Positions 35,891 through 58,185 of a stretch of 64,000 nucleotides of DNA are shown piece by piece. Source of the DNA: Antechinus flavipes. Its lineage: Eukaryota. Below the pieces are notes generated by a model. The model made no database searches. It had not been told where the DNA came from and was given only the letters and a program-made list of their open reading frames with translations. Location: assembly GCF_016432865.1 (NCBI RefSeq), contig NC_067399.1, forward strand, positions 578,894,001-578,958,000, given 5' to 3'. Every line of letters begins with the position of its first letter. The stretch's first letter is position 1. The position numbers and the translations under genes are program-made.

Positions 35891-37833
35891 TACCTGGTAA
35901 GTGGAGAGGAACTGAGTTTTGTGGCCCAGATCTAGAGCTCTAAGCCTGAACTCTCAACACAAGTTGCTTCTGCACAAAAAAAGAGTGAACATGAGTCAGT
36001 TCATAATTGAACCAGTCAGCTTAATTTATATTCTCTTGGGACTTAATCCTTTTGATAGATCCTTCAGCATCATTGTTAGAATTATTTACCATAACCACAA
36101 TTTTCATTTGGGAATCTCCCCATTTCCTAATGCCATCAAGTCTAAATTTCTAAATCTAGGTTCAAGGTAACTCATTACAGTCAAAAAAGCACCAGATTTG
36201 GAGTTAGAACCTCAACCAAGAACAAGTCTCTTCCCCTTTCTTGAATTCAGTTTCCTAATCTGTAAAATCGGTGGGGTTAGATGAAATGATGTTTATGGTC
36301 TTTTAGCTAAAATTTAGAACTGGACATTATCTAACCCTCTCCCTACTTCCTATCCAAAATTTATTTTCATTTGCTGTTTACCGTGATCCTCCATTTAATC
36401 ATGCCCAATCCAGCCCGTTTTCATTTCTATTTTGCTTCTGCTCATCCAGGAGTGTCCATCTCTTTCTTTTTCGGAATCTGCAGGTTTTGGTAAGGATTAA
36501 ATATCTGTGCTTGTGGTTTATCCAGAGAAGTAGCATTTCCTTTGTGTCTAGGAATAGACTTGTCCTCATCTTCAGCTCTGCTTTCCCCACCTCACAATAC
36601 AATGCTGAGATATATGGGGTAATTACACATTTTTATTACCAAGGAGGATTGTGGGGGTGGCATATTGGGGAATGTTTTTTTAAAGGCATAACTTATTAAA
36701 TGGGAGAATTTTTTTTTTTTAAATAAGTCTTCCAGAGGAATGGGAAGTGTTCAAGTCTTTTTCCTTACCAAAGGCTGGTAGGCTTAGATTTACAGATGAA
36801 CTCATGAACCTGGAAAAGAGAAAACATCGGGAATGTGATCTTAAAGGTATTTGAAGGGCTATCATTCAAGAGGAGTAAACTTTATTCTGTTCCTTGTCCC
36901 AGGAAATTGAACTCACATGAGAAAAATTGCAAGAGAGGCAGATTTAGCCTGGAAGAATTACCTAGCAATCAGAGTCAACCAAAAAGTGAACTGCCTTGGT
37001 GTCTATTGCCCTTTCATTAGATCTTGAAAGGTTGGATGTGTCATAGCAGCTTTTTTTGGAAGACAGATTCTCCAGGGAGGGCATATTTCTGGTTTTGTGA
37101 CAATTTAGGACTAGTTAGTGCACAAAGTAACGAGGATGGGGAAGAAGGTGGAGTCTAGAGGTTCAGTAACTAATGAAAATAGTTTAAGAAGTAGAAGAGG
37201 GGAAATTATGGTATTTCTAATTCAATCCTCTCGTTCATTCACTGATGCAGAAATTGGGTGATTTGCTTAAGATTTCCCTGATGGAAAGATCCAGAAATGG
37301 GATGCCAAACCCAGGCCCTCTCATTGCAAAACCCTGTATTCTCTCCACAAGGATTAGTCAGTAGTTACACTGCATCTAAGCCAATTTGAGTAGCTGTTGT
37401 TCATTCTCCTAGAGGACCATGACATGTAAGTGAACTGCATTTAAATGAGAGAGAACTGAGCAAAGGTCGCCTGCTGGCCAGATACAGATCTGGAGATCTA
37501 TAGATCAGGAGATGATCCTGGATGCATTGGGAGACCTTGGCCTTTTTAAGCTGTGGTCTTCAAAAGGTTTCAGTTTGAGGCAACCATCTCAGAAGGCAAG
37601 ATAAGAAATGAGGCAAAGAATGGCCTTTTACCTAGTTTGAAAAGAAAGTCAATTTGATAGGAGAAGATGTTGGGGGTTTCTGGCCCACCAAGAAACAATT
37701 TGGTATTTACATTCATTCTGAGTCAATTGGGTACCAAACATCAGGTGGGACTTGGCCAGGAATCGTTTGTTGGCCAACCAGTGAACCAGAGTGATTTGGG
37801 TTTAAAATATGGTCCTTAAGAAATCTAGCCCCT

Positions 37834-38556
37834 CTTATATCCCAAGAGATCTTAAAGAAGGGAAAGGGACCTATGTGTGCAAAAATGTTTGTGGCAACCT
37901 TTTTTGTAGTGGTCAGAAACTGGAAACTGAGTAGATGCCCATCAATTGGAGAATGGCTGAATTGTGGTATATGAATATTATGAAATATTATTGTTCTGTA
38001 AGAAATGACCAAAAGGATTAGAAAGGCCTGGAGAGACTTACATGAACTGATACTGAGTGAAATGAGCAGGACCAGAAGATCATTATATACAGCAACAACA
38101 ATACTATATGATGATCAACTATGATGGACCTGGCCATCTTCAGCAACGAGATGAACCAAATCAGTTCCAATGGAGCAGTAATGAACTTAACCAGCTACAC
38201 CCAGCAAAAGAACTCTGGGAGATGACTAAGAACCATTACCTTGAATTCCCAAGCCCTATATTTTTGCCCTCCTGCATTTTTGATTTCTTTCACAGACTAA
38301 TTGTACAATATTTCAGAGTCTGATTCTTTTTGTACAGCAAAGTAACGGTTTGGACATGTATACTTATTTTGTATTTAATTTATACTATAACATATTTAAC
38401 ATGTATTGATCATCCTGCCATCAAGGGGAGGGGGTGGGGGGAAGGAGGGGAAAAATTGGAACAAAAGGTTTGGCAATTGTCAATGCTGTAAAATTACACA
38501 TGCATATAACTTGTAAATAAAAAGCTATATTTAAAAAAAAATTAGTGACTAAAAAA
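37834..38556 (+). mobile_element. 5'-truncated L1 (degenerate ORF2 C-terminus + 3'UTR) with 13-bp TSD
   Basis: TSD aaatctagcccct at 37821-37833 and 38557-38569; YPKEILKKGKG...W...CPSIGEWL-like coding relic; G tract and A tail. Confidence 0.9.
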
Positions 38557-38739
38557 AAATCTAGCCCCTGAACCCCAAAAGATCTGAGGTTTCAGCATCA
38601 AAATTTACATTCTTTTGGGTGGAGCACAGGCAGGAAGGGAAAGGAGAGAAAAATTGGAGAAATCTGTTGCCCGGAGGTGGGTATGAAGGAAAAAAACATG
38701 TTTACAAAAATGCAGGTTAATGGACTCAGGAATCCTATA

Positions 38740-40110
38740 ACTGGGCCGGGGTGGGTCCGCAAGGAGCCTTTAGGTTCCCTCCCCTGTTGGATGCAGACCA
38801 GAACCGATCTGGGTTAGGCTGCCACCGCGTCCCTCCTTTTCTCCATTACGACCAAGTTGAAGGATGTAAGTCAAAGTGCAGGAGGCAGCGCGGGCCACAA
38901 GGGGGCGCAGCTACGATGCGGAGGTTGAACAATAGTGCGAGGTCCCTGGAGACATCGGGAGAGAAGAACCACTGCGGCTCGTGCCTGGCCCCAGGAGCAA
39001 ACCATCGAGAAACCCACGGAAGGTGTCTTCCTGGCGGGCACTTCTGAACACAGATCGCAGCCTCTCGATCAAACAACCAGTGGTTAAGAGACGTGCTGGG
39101 GCCGAACCCTTTGCCCGGGCGGGCAGGGTTCAGAGCCTGTCCGATCCGGTGGCCCGGCTCGGCTCGGAGCCGGCGCTAGAGCAACCCGGGCTCCCCCGCA
39201 CGCCCCGGAGGCCTATCCGCCCCTTACTTAACGCAATAGGTGCCTGGAGCGCCCTGCCGGAGGGGGGCGTGGCCCGAGCTGCGGCCGTGATCCCGGGGTC
39301 AAGGGTGCTTGGTGAGGCGAGGCGGGGCATCCCGCGGAACGAAGGTAGTGGGCTCTTTCCCAGCCCCGCCCTTCCCACCCCCAGGCTCCGCCCCAGTGCC
39401 GATCCTGTCACGCCCCCGCCCCGCCCCCTCCGGGCCGGGGCTGTGCTGCTGGAGCTGTAGTGTCCGTGTCGCTATGGACCCGGATTTAAGACTCCAAAGG
39501 TGTGTATAGGAAGGGAGGTGGAGGATGAGGGGCGGGGGTGTCGACCTTCCCTCCTACGGCCTCCAATTTGGGGTCTGGGGACGGGGCCGGGCCTTGGCCA
39601 GGTTGGGCCTCGTCCGGCTTCATACCCCCGATCGGCCTGAAGCCGAGGCCGCAGGTGCACGGGCCAGAGTGGGCCGGGAACTGCGGTGGGAGGCGGGAGC
39701 AGAGCGCGGCCGCAGCAGGTGCAGGCTTAGAGAAGCCCGGGCCGGAGTCCGCAACCTTGCCCGCCTGTCCCCCGCGTTGGGGAGCAGCACCTGGGAATCG
39801 AAGGGTGCGGGGGTCTTGTGAAGTTGCCTCCTCTGCATGGTGTGGGGACTAGGAGCTCGGTGGGCAAGGTAGGGTCCTTCTCAAGATCTGGGTTAAGTCC
39901 CCAGGCCCCAGAGGACAGGAGAAAGAAACATCTTCAAACTGTAACGGGAGGGATTGAGGTTATCAAGGAGCCCCAAGTGGACGGGATCAGCCGTGAGGGA
40001 CCAACTCCACGTGGGGGAGGGGGGCGTCTTCCCCTCGGGTCGGAGGAAGGAACGGGGCTACTGACCCGATTCTGTCCTGGGTCACGGATAGGATGCCGCT
40101 GAGGTGCTTC
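38740..40110. promoter_or_regulatory. CpG island, SEMA4G promoter
   Basis: Dense CpG and GC boxes (cgcccccgccccgccccc, about 39411-39428) in a CpG-depleted genome, upstream of the SEMA4G coding exons. Confidence 0.8.
39430..39499 (+). other. SEMA4G: Probable non-coding first exon of SEMA4G (start approximate)
   Basis: Follows the GC boxes; donor AAG|gtgtgt at 39499/39500; matching acceptor at 43210/43211. Confidence 0.5.
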
Positions 40111-41099
40111 CTTATTAAGGAAGGTCATGCTTGGGGGGAGGGGAGGGGTCGAGGCCCCAGACTTGGAAGGCCACCTGCAGCTGGATACACCGGGTGGGGG
40201 GGAGGGAAGACCCTGCCAGACTGTGCTCCCCGAACACCTGCAGGGAAGTCCCTGTGACTGGTCCATCACTGCAGGTATTTGGGAGATAGAGGCTCCTCCT
40301 CACACAGAATTCCAAGAAACATTTTTAGTAAATTATTGTTCTGGAGGCTCTGGTGACTTTGGGTCCCAGCCCAGCAGCCCTGCCTGGGGAAAGAAGCAGA
40401 GCCCTTTTAATACTAGCTCTATTCTCACCCCTACCTGACTGTTCCCAGTTCATTCCTATCCCCTTTCCCCTCCTCATGGAAGATTGGGTCTTTGTAGCGC
40501 AGAACCTAGCCCCTTCTTCACCGATTGTATGTCTTTGGGTATTGACATATCCATCTGAACATGAGTTCATGCTTGTATATGCATATACATGCATGTACAT
40601 AGAATACTTGCATTTGTATGTACTTGTGTAGGTATGTACCTGTGTATGTTACGTGTGTGTCCCGTCCAAAGCTGCTCATATCCAATGGTACTGGGCTAAA
40701 TGTACACCCTCCTTCAGCAAACAACCACACCTCCCCAGATCTTCACCCATCCCAACCTTTGCCCTTTAATTAAACTCCATTGGTCCCCACACACATGGTA
40801 TGATCTGCTTCCCCACTTCCCTCCCCCAACCAACTCCCCAAGGCTGTTCCTGCAGCTTCTGCCCCTCCTTCGGGGCATGCTGGTTAATATTTACCTGAGG
40901 AAAGGACCAGAGCCCATGGGATTGGCTGGTGTTGTGATCTTCCTGTTGGCTGGGATTCCAGTCATTATCCCCTTCTGTTTATTTCCCTTTCTGTCCCCTT
41001 TGTTTATCCTCTGCCTCCAGTTCTTCCTAACTCTCCATCAGAGAACTTACCAACCCTCCATCAAAGAGGACTAGAAGCCTAAGGCTATTCTTCGTATAG

Positions 41100-41255
41100 A
41101 GGCAGGTTAGGTGTACAGTGAGTAGAATGCTTTGGCTTGGACTCAGGAAGTCCCGAGTTCTATGTGGCCTCAAACACTAGCTGGGTGACCCCAGGCAGGT
41201 CACTTAACCTTTGCCTCTGTTTCCCCAGCTATAACATTGGGATAATAATAGTATC
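41100..41255 (+). mobile_element. MIR/CORE-SINE
   Basis: ggcaggttaggtgtacagtgagtagaatgc...ggactcaggaagtcccgagttc...gtcacttaacc. Confidence 0.7.
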
Positions 41256-42509
41256 ATGAGCTTATGCTCATAGGTGCCCACCCCAATGCCTGGGTTGGGG
41301 GGGTGGGGGGAGCAGGAGAGGAGACAATAAGAAATATCATTGGAGAGTAACTGGCCTCCTTTCTGGATCCCCATGTGGGTCAGAGTCCAGCTGGCTCTCG
41401 TCCTGCCTCCCTAGGAGGAATTTTAGCCTCCAACCAGTAGTATACCCTTAATTTAGGCTCCCTGTGCAGACCTTGGTGTGCATGGACATACATATATGGA
41501 AATAATCAGTACATGGATAGACGCTTGAAATTCAGCTAAGGACTGTTATAGAGAAGAGAGGCTACTGTATCCCTGGCACCACCAGTTACTTTTCTATGGG
41601 ACCCAGGTCAAATCACTAAGTTTTCCAACCCTCAATTTTCTGAAATGGTGCTTGAATTATGTCCCTCACAGGAGGAGGAAAGGACTTTGAGTAAAGCTCC
41701 TCCCAGACCCCATCTTGACTTCTGTCTCCATTTGCTCAGGCTGGAGGGGACTCCATCCTCGTCTCTCTCTGTTCAAGTCTTCCCCTGGCTTCATGGCCCA
41801 TCTCAGGTGTTACCTTCTCCATGTCACCTTCTCTGAATCTCCCCATCCCCCAGGTAGGACTTCTCCTTTGCACTTATATTTCTCTCATATTGTTGTTCGT
41901 TGTGCATGTATCTTTAATTCATTAGATTGCAAGTTTTTTGAGAACAGATTCTGAGTCTCATCTCTTTTTATTTCCATTGTATTAGACAGCAGAGTGCCTT
42001 GAACAGAGTGGGTGTCTAATATATGAATGAATTAATAGTAATAACAAACATTTCTCGGGTTTTGGTCTGTGGAGGAAACCATATAGGTCCTGTTTTTGGA
42101 AGGCAAACAGCCTAAGATTGGGGGGAGGTGGCAAGGATAAAAGAAAACATGTATGTAATAAACCATCGAAGGATCAGTGCAGGAGAAAGCTTAGTAGACT
42201 GTTATGGAGGTTCATAGGGAAGAAAGTCACTTCTCTCTGAAGACCAGGGAAGACTTTTTAGAATTACGTATCTGCAGATTTACAGGGATGCTTACTTTGT
42301 AGATACACAGAGACATATGAACACATGCAGATGGGTGTGTGGCAACACATCCAATGTGAATAGGCACACATAATTCTTTGAACATAGCAGGTCATTAATA
42401 AATGGTTGTTGAATGAATGAATGAAGAGGTAAATATGGCTCAAATCAAAAACCTTGGATTTGAGTTGCAATTGTGTTGTTATATATCTTTGGACAATGTA
42501 CTTCTCTCT

Positions 42510-42700
42510 AGAGGCATCTAAGTTCAAATTTTGTCTCAGACACTAGCTGAATAACTCTAGGCAAATCACTTAAGATTGTTTGCCTCAGTTTCCTCATCTG
42601 TAAAATGAGTTGGAGAAGAAAATGACAAGTTAATACAGTATCTTTGCCAAGAAAACCACAAATGGGGTGAAGAAAAGTCAGGCATAACTGCAAATGACGG
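42510..42700 (+). mobile_element. MAR1-type SINE
   Basis: CORE plus gagttggagaagaaaatg...agtatctttgccaagaaaacc tail. Confidence 0.7.
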
Positions 42701-42857
42701 ATTCTCTTTAGGCCTCAGTTTCCTACTTTTGATAGGGACTGGATGATGTGTAATGTCCCTTCCAGGACTAATGTTCTGTGATGAGCCAGAGGCTCTAATA
42801 AAAAAAAATACATACCTGACAAAACAGAGCAAAGAGAGATAAATAAAAGGACAAATT

Positions 42858-43008
42858 GGGGCAGCTAGTGGCACAGTGAATAGAGCCTCAGCCCTGAAGT
42901 CAGGAGGACCTGAGTTCAAATCTGGCCTCAGCCACAACACTTCCTAGCTATATGACCCTGGGCAAGTCACTCAACACTAATTGCTTCAGCCAAAGGAAAA
43001 AAAAAAAC
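42858..43008 (+). mobile_element. WSINE1
   Basis: Near-consensus ggggcagctag...gaagtcaggaggacctgagttcaaatctggcctcag...ggcaagtcac; A tail. Confidence 0.85.
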
Positions 43009-43082
43009 GGATAAATTAAAACTCATAGTGGCAAAAGGCTCAGAGTCTGCAGATTTCCATGGTTGTGTGTGGGTGTGGTTGT

Positions 43083-43168
43083 ATGTGTATGGTTGTGGGT
43101 ATGTGAAAAGGGAGGGATTGTAGAATTAATTCTTGGAACAGATTAATTAAACTGAAGCTCTATTGTAG
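43083..43168 (+). repeat. 86-bp direct repeat, copy 1
   Basis: 84/86 identical to 44388-44473. Confidence 0.95.
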
Positions 43169-43406
43169 TATGAGAGTCAGTGCTTTTCCCTTTTTATTTT
43201 GTGGACACAGGATCGTAGAAAGCCAGGACACACCTGAATGTGACCACGACTCCCAGGGCCCCAGTTTCCCTGGACTGTGACCCCTTATGATTTTGTGACA
43301 CCATCTCCCCACCACTGACTTCCCCTTTACTCTTTTCCTAGTCCCCCACTCACGAGACTCCTGGGGGCTCTCTTGGATCTGAGCTATCCTTGGGTCCCCT
43401 AGGAAG

Positions 43407-50530
<7,124 letters not shown>

Positions 50531-52213
50531 CCCACCTACCACCCAGTTCCCCTTTACCCTGGTCTCTACCCCTGGCCGCCTGGCCTAGGTCCTTCCTTTC
50601 CCTCTCCCTAACCCCTACCGGCCTTCCAGCTCCTAACTTGCCCTCTCCAGCCTCCAGAGCTGACTTCTAGATTGACACCCTCCGTTCAAGCAGATCCTTT
50701 AGCCGTTAGCCTTCTAGGCCTTAGTCCTACCCCTCAACTCCTACTACAGGGGTCCAGGTCATCATTGCCCTGTACCACATAGAACATCTTCCCATGTCCC
50801 ATTTGAGACCATCCTCCAAAATGACTGAATGGGGCCATCGGTCAGGGGTCTAGGCCCCTAGGCCTTTAGCCATCCTTCAATCACCCTTTGCAGAACCTGT
50901 GACCTCAAAGAGTGAGCTACAGAGAGGTAGGTCTGCTTGTGAAGCACTATCCCCAATTTCTAAACGAAGGGGTGGGAGGTAGCTGGAAGTCTTCGGCTTC
51001 TTCCCCAAAGCTGAGAAGAAATGAGGGGGCAGTAGGCATGTAGACAGGGCCTCTTGCCCAGTGATTGCGCTGCTTCAGAGCGCCCCTGTCTCTTTCCAGC
51101 ATTGCAGCTACATGGTGGGCTGCAGGCAGAGGGCAGCTGCAGCAGAGCCTCCATGTTTGCTATCTGCTTCCCACCGCCTGCTTCGGTGCTGAGTTCTAAT
51201 GGTGACTGGAGAAGTCTGAAACCCTGCTCCCCACACTGTGCCCAATAACCCTTTTCTATGCTGGATAGAAGGTCTGGCAGTGCAACCACCTGAGCAGCGT
51301 GTGTGCATGTGTGTGAGGAAGTATGCCTGATGTGCATGTGTGTCTGCCAGGTGATACAAACCCTCCCCACCTTCTCCCATAGGCACCCTTGGGTATTTTA
51401 GTCTAGGAGTACACACCGAGCTCAGTCCTATCCAGTTCTTCAATCCCGACTCAGGGCCTTGTCTCCAAGTCTGGCATTGAGAAGAAGCAGCACGTAGCTC
51501 CATGCACACCTCACATACCTGCTCACACCTATACATGCTCATAAACAAGGTCACACATGCACACCCTGAGCCCCCCAGGCTCTGCCAAGAATGAGATGGT
51601 GGCTGCACTGTCCCTCCCCTCATTGCCTGGGGTCCCCAACCTGTTTCTGACATGTCTGGTCCATGGACATTTCATGGGAGTGACTTCCCCCAAGACCATC
51701 TTCCTACCACTCCCACTGAAACTATGCAAAGGGCAGGTAGTAGGCAGGCTGGGAGGTGGGATTCCTTGGTCCTGCTTCTGTCCTACTTCACTGTGGTGCT
51801 GTAGAGGGGTCCTTGGGTCCAGTGAAGGTGAGACCCCAGATTGAGATGGGACAATCAAAAACCCCTGACTGGGGTTGTTAACCCCTTTGGGCCAGGACAA
51901 TAACTGTTATTGATGCTGGGAGAGAACCCAGGACTACCATATTTTTACTGCCCTTCAAACAGCACCATGAACCCTTCCCTTCTTTCAGCCGAATGTATTT
52001 ATTATGAGAACTATGGAAGGGCTCTATTTTACTATTAGTTCCTGGGGGAGGGCAGAGTAGGGCAGAGGGCATTTAGCTGGAGGCTCAGATAAGGAGGGGG
52101 GGTGGAACTTGGGCTCATCTCCCCACTTCCTTCCTGTTGGTCAGTAAATAATGTCCTCTAAACTTTGTGGTCCTTGTCCTGTTCATACAATGGTATTCCT
52201 CAGCCTGGTGGGA

Positions 52214-52219
52214 AATAAA
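52214..52219 (+). terminator. Probable SEMA4G poly(A) signal (3'UTR about 1.7 kb)
   Basis: First AATAAA after the stop codon. Confidence 0.6.
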
Positions 52220-53611
52220 ACAAATGCCCTGCTGCAAGGGTCCACTTCCTGTAGGATCTACTCCCAGAGCACAGCAGCAGTTACCAAGTTCTCAATGATC
52301 TCAATACGATTATTTGCATTCTGGCCACAAAGTCACACTATTAGCAGGAGCTAACACAGAGAGACTTGGCATCAAGGAGCAAGAAGTCCCTCAGGAGAAA
52401 CGTTTAACAACCTCCTGGGTTCCATCTGTGTCCAGTTTACATCATGGTCAGCCCAACTTAATGTGTTCTAGGCCTGCAGTTGCAAAGGTGCTGAACTTAA
52501 TACTGAATACCTACAGAAACTTCCAATTCCTATCTTTACAGGAGGTCCTGGGGTGGGAGCAAAACTGAACAGGTCAGCAAAGGTTCAAAAAAATCCAGGA
52601 CCAAATTTCTGATTACCTTCCTTAGAGTAGTGGGAAAGATTTTAGAACTACAGAATTCATATCAATTCACAGAATTTATCACTAAATGGAATCTCGAAAT
52701 TTTTCTTTTCATATTATATACATACATGTATATGTATACACACACACATGTATATCCCAGATACTTTGAAAAAAAAGTAAAATTATGGAAAGGCAGAAAT
52801 GTTATACCTGCCTAAAGGAGCTCACCTAGTAAGGCAAACAACTAGGCACATACTACGTGTATAGACAGAAGATAACCTCAGAGGGAAGAGAAAAGCCAGG
52901 CACATTGCTAGAAAGACTTTCAGAAGTGACATCTGAGCCTTGGAGTCAGCAGGTGTTGAGTATGGTTAGTGACCCTGGATGGTAGTCTGGTGCTAGGGCC
53001 TAGTCTGGACTGGGAAAGGCTATGAATGTTGAAAGGTTTCCTATTTGATCCTAGAGTTTACAGGGAGTCTACTGTGACATGGTCAGACTTTACTTTAGGA
53101 AACATATTTTGGCAATTTAGTGGAGGATGGAATAGAGGCAGAACTTCTCTCAGATCAGAAGGCTTTTGCCAATAACCTTGACAGGTAATGAGAGCCTGTG
53201 TAGAGCAAAGGTGCCTCTGACTAGAGAGATGAAGTAGCAATAGGAAAGGTGGGAAGACTAGACATTAAGCTAGAATTCTATCTAGACCTATTTAGTGTGA
53301 GAAGCCTGCAGGTCGGGAGAGTCTGGGGGTAGATACAAATGGGAATCACCTATGGGCAAGAACCCACACGATTCCAAAATGTGATAGTATGAGAGATCGA
53401 TTCTAAGTGATCAGCTGATGTGAAATTCTAGCTGTTTCTGGAAATCAGATCTCTGCTCATTAGTCCCATGTCCTTCCTAACTGCCCCCTAATCATGATGC
53501 CAACAGTTCAGGGATGACTTCGAGAAGAAAGCTGGGGAAGAGGCTGATTGGTGGGGTGTGGTAGCTGGCGGTGAAGGAAGATGCAAGACGGCTCTGAGGG
53601 AATAAATATGT

Positions 53612-53617
53612 TTTATT
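53612..53617 (-). terminator. MRPL43 poly(A) signal overlapping the stop codon
   Basis: Minus strand CAA TAA AA contains AATAAA. Confidence 0.75.
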
Positions 53618-53839
53618 GCAGTTTCTGGTGAGGGCTGTTGGCAATGGCTTCTCTGCCCAGCTGGGGGGGCCTGTTAGTAAAGGGGTGCCACTGCCCCTGA
53701 ATACTCGGGTTGTATGTATGGTAGGGTTTCCGGATACGAATCACATCCAAGCCTGACTGGTCTGCGAGCTTCTGGATCAGCGCAGCCACCTCGTCCACCG
53801 TCTTATTACCGAGAGATACCTCCTGTACAGAGCCGTTCA
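53613..53839 (-). CDS. MRPL43: MRPL43 exon 3
   Basis: cgcag|TGAAC ... TAA at 53615-53613. Confidence 0.95.
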
Positions 53840-54371
53840 CTGCGGCCACGGGGGATGGGGCACAGAGGAAAGAGACTCTCAGGTTCACCAGAGGAAGAGA
53901 TCACGGTGGCCCGACTCCTACCCCTCACCACTCCCCATATCTTCAAGTGACCCCAAAACCCTGGGCTCCTCCTCCCTTCCCCCCACCCCCCCATCCCTAC
54001 TCAGGACTCACAGTACTCCGCCACCACCTGCGGCACATGGCATTTCTTCGCGGTCACATACAGCACGACCCCCGGGTTCCTCCGAGCAAAGTCCGTCACG
54101 TGCTGCTCGACAAACTCCCTGCGGGCGGAAGGGCAAACGCGCGCGTCAGGGCACTTAAGACCTCCAGCCTTCTCCCCGGCTGACGCTCCATCACCAAGCC
54201 TCGCCAGGGGCCAAGGGAAGGTGTTCCTGGGGGCCCCCACCTGGCGCCGCGGGACGAAGGCGAGTCGCGGCTGACCCTAAGGCTAAGACGTTGCAGCTGC
54301 TGTACGTAGCGCCCCAGTCCGTTGTGTAGGACGCTGCCCAGAAAGCGGCTCGAAGTGCCGCGGGCCGTCAT
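53613..54371 (-). CDS. MRPL43: Mitochondrial ribosomal protein L43 (mL43), 154 aa. complement(join(53613-53839,54012-54118,54241-54371))
   Basis: [29 protein letters not shown]...SSRGAREFVE...[10 protein letters not shown]...[13 protein letters not shown]; exons of 131/107/227 nt with GT-AG. Confidence 0.97.
54012..54118 (-). CDS. MRPL43: MRPL43 exon 2
   Basis: cgcag|GGAG ... T|gtgagt. Confidence 0.96.
54241..54371 (-). CDS. MRPL43: MRPL43 exon 1
   Basis: ATG at 54371-54369; AG|gtgggg. Confidence 0.96.
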
Positions 54372-54942
54372 GACAGCCACAGCGTGCTGGGAAGCCGAAA
54401 CTCCCGGAACTTAGGAAGCGACAGCCGGAAGTCAGGGAGCGAGGAGGCATTCTGGGAGGAGGAGGTGGGGCGAAGACACCCAACTTCCGGCGACGGGGCG
54501 GTCGCCCTCTATCTAGCAGAGTTTTGCTTCCGAGGTCGACAACTGTAGCACGCGACTTGTTTCCACGTTGTTTGTGTGGGCGTCTCGCGGCTTGTACCCT
54601 CTCCCTCGGAAAAGCTTCTGGGAGCCTTGGGGAATGGGAGTAGTTTGTAGAGCGTCTTGCCCTGGAAGGAAGGCCCGAGAGGGGAGAATGCGGTGGAACA
54701 GGGAACTTAGGGCCTCGAGTTTGGGAAAGCTATGAGCGGCAGGGTCATGACCTCACAGGACAGCCCGTGAGAATGGAGCCCCACTAGAAAAGGGCTATGT
54801 AAGGGCAGTGGTTTTGTGCTGAATATGGTGCCTTGCATGCAGCAGTGCTTAAAAAATGCTTCTCGAGTTGATGGCAGGCCTGCTCTGCTGAAGAATTCCA
54901 GGTAGTATTGACCCCTTTTCTCCTCCTTCTGGGAGCCAAGTG
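54372..54942. promoter_or_regulatory. Bidirectional CpG-island promoter of MRPL43/TWNK
   Basis: Start codons 571 nt apart, head-to-head; ETS/GABP motifs CCGGAAGT 54425-54432 and ACTTCCGG 54483-54490; ZNF143-type core GCATTCTGGGA 54447-54457. Confidence 0.85.
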
Positions 54943-57900
<2,958 letters not shown>

Positions 57901-58160
57901 CAGCCATAGTCAGAGCAGTGTGGAGGCTGTGTTCAAGGAGCTTCCTGAAGCCATTTCAGCTGTGAGTTTTCTTGCTTTTATCAAGAATTGTTGGTCAGGA
58001 ACATCCCCTCATGTGTCTTGGTATGGGAGCCAAGAGAATTGGCAGTTCTGGAAGAGAAAGCATTAACATGGGGCCATCTCCAGGACAGTGTGATTCTGAC
58101 CCCAGTGGAGGTAGTCAGCAACCCAGAAGAAAACTCAAGTCATGGGTTTTTTTCTAGAAA

Positions 58161-58166
58161 AATAAA
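58161..58166 (+). terminator. TWNK poly(A) signal
   Basis: AATAAA 260 nt after the stop, followed by GU/U-rich ttggtttgtttattgt. Confidence 0.75.
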
Positions 58167-58185
58167 CCTATTTTTGTAATACTTT

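Noticed and set aside
2168-37020. Short 60-135 aa ORFs in SLF2 introns and the intergenic DNA
   Set aside because: They map to L1/L2/SINE/LTR relics or AT-rich low-complexity DNA; those that overlap real exons are already covered by the SLF2 model.
38751-40315. Many overlapping 60-160 aa ORFs in the SEMA4G CpG island
   Set aside because: Expected from stop-codon scarcity in GC-rich DNA; low-complexity P/R/G/A content and no recognisable domain.
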